Assembly (NCBI RefSeq): GCF_963921235.1
Contig: NC_086097.1
Coordinates: 239,198,001 to 239,262,000, forward strand
Source: Mobula hypostoma
Taxonomy: Eukaryota
Reading direction: 5' to 3'
DNA length: 64,000 bases
The position numbers were made by a program, and so were the translations under genes. Positions within the stretch are counted from its first letter, which is position 1, and each line of letters starts with the position of its first letter. The notes under the pieces were generated by a model. The model was not told the origin of the DNA. It did not search any database and saw only the letters and a program-made list of their open reading frames with translations. Below are positions 62,040 through 64,000 of this stretch, in pieces.

Positions 62040-62754
62040 TGTAGCCCCTGGTAAGCCTCAGACACGCTGAGCTCACTTTCGTGTAGGGGGAGCAGCCTTA
62101 GGCCCCGCCAAACTGGGTAATCAAGTTTGTGTGGATGCTGTGTGATATACCCCACCCCGCCAAATAACAGACAATACACCATATGCAATTAAATGATTAC
62201 ACTTTATAGATCTTACTGCAACTATGTAATTAATAGAGATAAAATATAAAAGGAAAGTAAACGGCGCCAAACTTATCAGAGTTCAACCACTTCGTGCACA
62301 ACCATTGGAGCTCAGTGAACGGGGACTTCTTTCTACCATGCGATCTCCTCCGACCCCCTCGACCGCTGCCTGGGACCAACCACCAGAGCGCGTCCAGCAC
62401 GTCCTTCCTCTTCGGTTCTCCTCCCCAAAACCCTGGGCCTCGGACTCTCTCTCGGGTCCGTTCCGTTGCCCAGCTTACAGCATCACGTCTCCTCTCTCTG
62501 TCCCCATCGCGCCTGCTGCCCCAAAGCCCGCAAAAATGATAGCTTACAGACACACAAGAAAGAATAACATCTATCCCAATTGGTTAGCAAATGAATACAA
62601 TTCTCCTTATCAGTTATTATAACCCAAACAAGCTGCTAGAGGGAGAACTACTGTCTCAACAGTTAACATCACAGAGAGGCGGTTTTATTTTTAACATAAA
62701 AAAGAAGCCATTTTATTCACCTTAGCAGTAACATATAAGAAGAAACCCCTTACA
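62040..62754. mobile_element. Solo LTR (715 bp), Gypsy- or ERV-like
   Basis: TGTA...TACA termini and perfect 4-bp TSD CTAA (62036-62039, 62755-62758); CpG-rich interior. Confidence 0.85.
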
Positions 62755-63425
62755 CTAATATGTGCAAAGTTAAAATCGCCTGCAATCTCTCTACAAATTT
62801 GTTCTGCTAAATCCCACAGACTATTGTGTGGCCTGTGATATAATCCCGTTGATGTGTTCACATTGTACTTATTCCTTGGTTCCAACCACAAAACCTCACT
62901 AGATGAGTTCTCCCACCTGTCCTGACTGACCACTGCTATATCATTTTCACTGACTAGTAATGCCACCCCTCCTGCATTAATCCCTCCTGCTCTGACCCGT
63001 TTAAAACAATGGAACCCCGGGACATTGATCTGCCAGTCATGTCCCTCCTGCAACTAAGTCTCATGAATGGTTACAATGTCATAATTCCACGTGCCGATCC
63101 ATTCCCTAAGCTTATCCGCATTTTCTACAATACACAACTCAGTACATTAGTCACACGATGCTCGGCCTTTCAATTCCTGACCTTGTATGGAGGCTTAACA
63201 ACATCTTTCTCCACAACCACTCCCACTATTTTTTCTGGCGCTCTGGTTCCCATCGCCCTGCAACTCCAGTTTAAACCAACAACCACCCCACCCCCCAACA
63301 CCCCCTGGGCAGCAATACCAATCCTTCCCACTAGGAAGGTTATAGGTTAAAGGCAACTACTTTTATTAAAGTAGAAAACCAAGTTTAAATTTTCATAGTT
63401 TTGAAAGATTAAAAGACTGGCTATA

Positions 63426-63882
63426 TGAGGGGTGATTGATAAGTTTGTGGCCTATGGTAGAAGGAATCAATTTTAGAAAACCTAGTACATTTATTTTTCA
63501 ACATAGTCTCCTTCTACATGTACACACTTAGTCCAGCGGTCGTGGAACATATGGATCCCTTCTTTGTAGAAGTGGTCCACAGCAGGGGTGATTGATAAGT
63601 TCGTGGCCTGAGGTAGAAGGAGATGAGTTATTAACTTCAACTTTCTGCATAATCACTCAAAGATCTGAACTACACGTGCATGTAACAAGGGCATCTTGGA
63701 CCTCCAGATGGTCCGCAGCAGGGGTGACTGATAATTTTGTGATCTATGGTAGAAGGAGATGAGTTATACAGCTCTCGTTACATGCTCGTGCAGTTCAACT
63801 CTTTGAGTGAAAACGCAGAAAGTTTGAAGTTAATAACTCATCTCCTTCTACCTTAGGCCACAAACTTATCGATCACCCCTCG
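63426..63882. mobile_element. Mariner-type MITE with internal TIR copies
   Basis: TA TSD (63424-63425, 63883-63884); ~40-bp TIR YGAGGGGTGATYGATAAGTTTGTGGCCTAWGGTAGAAGGA. Confidence 0.88.
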
Positions 63883-64000
63883 TAATTGTCACTTGTACTT
63901 CGAAACATTGAAATATGCAGAAAAATGTGTCATTTGTGTCAATGACCAACACAGCCCAAAGGTGCGCGGGGCCTGTCTGAAAGTATTTCCATGTCTGCAG

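Larger units (their letters stand above)
60200..63330 (-). mobile_element. Old CR1 (ORF1 end and APE) split into 60200-60369 and ~62757-63330
   Basis: Rejoining the pieces restores AGDFNFAHI-DW; ORF 62691..63053 has APE motifs (GGVALLV, LWLE, YHRP). Confidence 0.75.

Noticed and set aside
1..64000. Prokaryotic-type systems (operons, CRISPR, retrons, defence islands)
   Set aside because: All RT and nuclease motifs belong to vertebrate retroelements; there is no gene-dense organisation or repeat-spacer array.

Overview
Eukaryotic, transposon-dense window with no recognisable host protein-coding gene. The repeat mix (esterase-ORF1 CR1 LINEs, HE1-like V-SINEs, Rex1/Babar, Penelope-like elements, Tc1/mariner MITEs) suggests intronic or intergenic DNA of a cartilaginous fish; this is an inference. 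The long ORFs in the track are retroelement ORF1/ORF2 fragments or their antisense shadows. Main structures: (i) a near full-length but mutated CR1 (3017-8157, +) nested in an older antisense CR1 and itself interrupted by a younger antisense CR1 3' end; (ii) a canonical U_UUA_AAC slippery heptamer exactly at the CR1 ORF1 stop with ORF2 opening in the -1 frame, conserved in three diverged CR1 copies, a candidate programmed ribosomal frameshift; (iii) a Penelope GIY-YIG fragment and about nine related short elements carrying minimal hammerhead ribozyme motifs, one intact (24852-24887, -), several set inside inverted repeats; (iv) an L1 3' end with a 12-bp TSD, two solo LTRs, bipartite non-autonomous RTE-like elements and a mariner MITE with internal TIR copies. 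Old-repeat boundaries are approximate, and family names come from motif recognition, not database searches.
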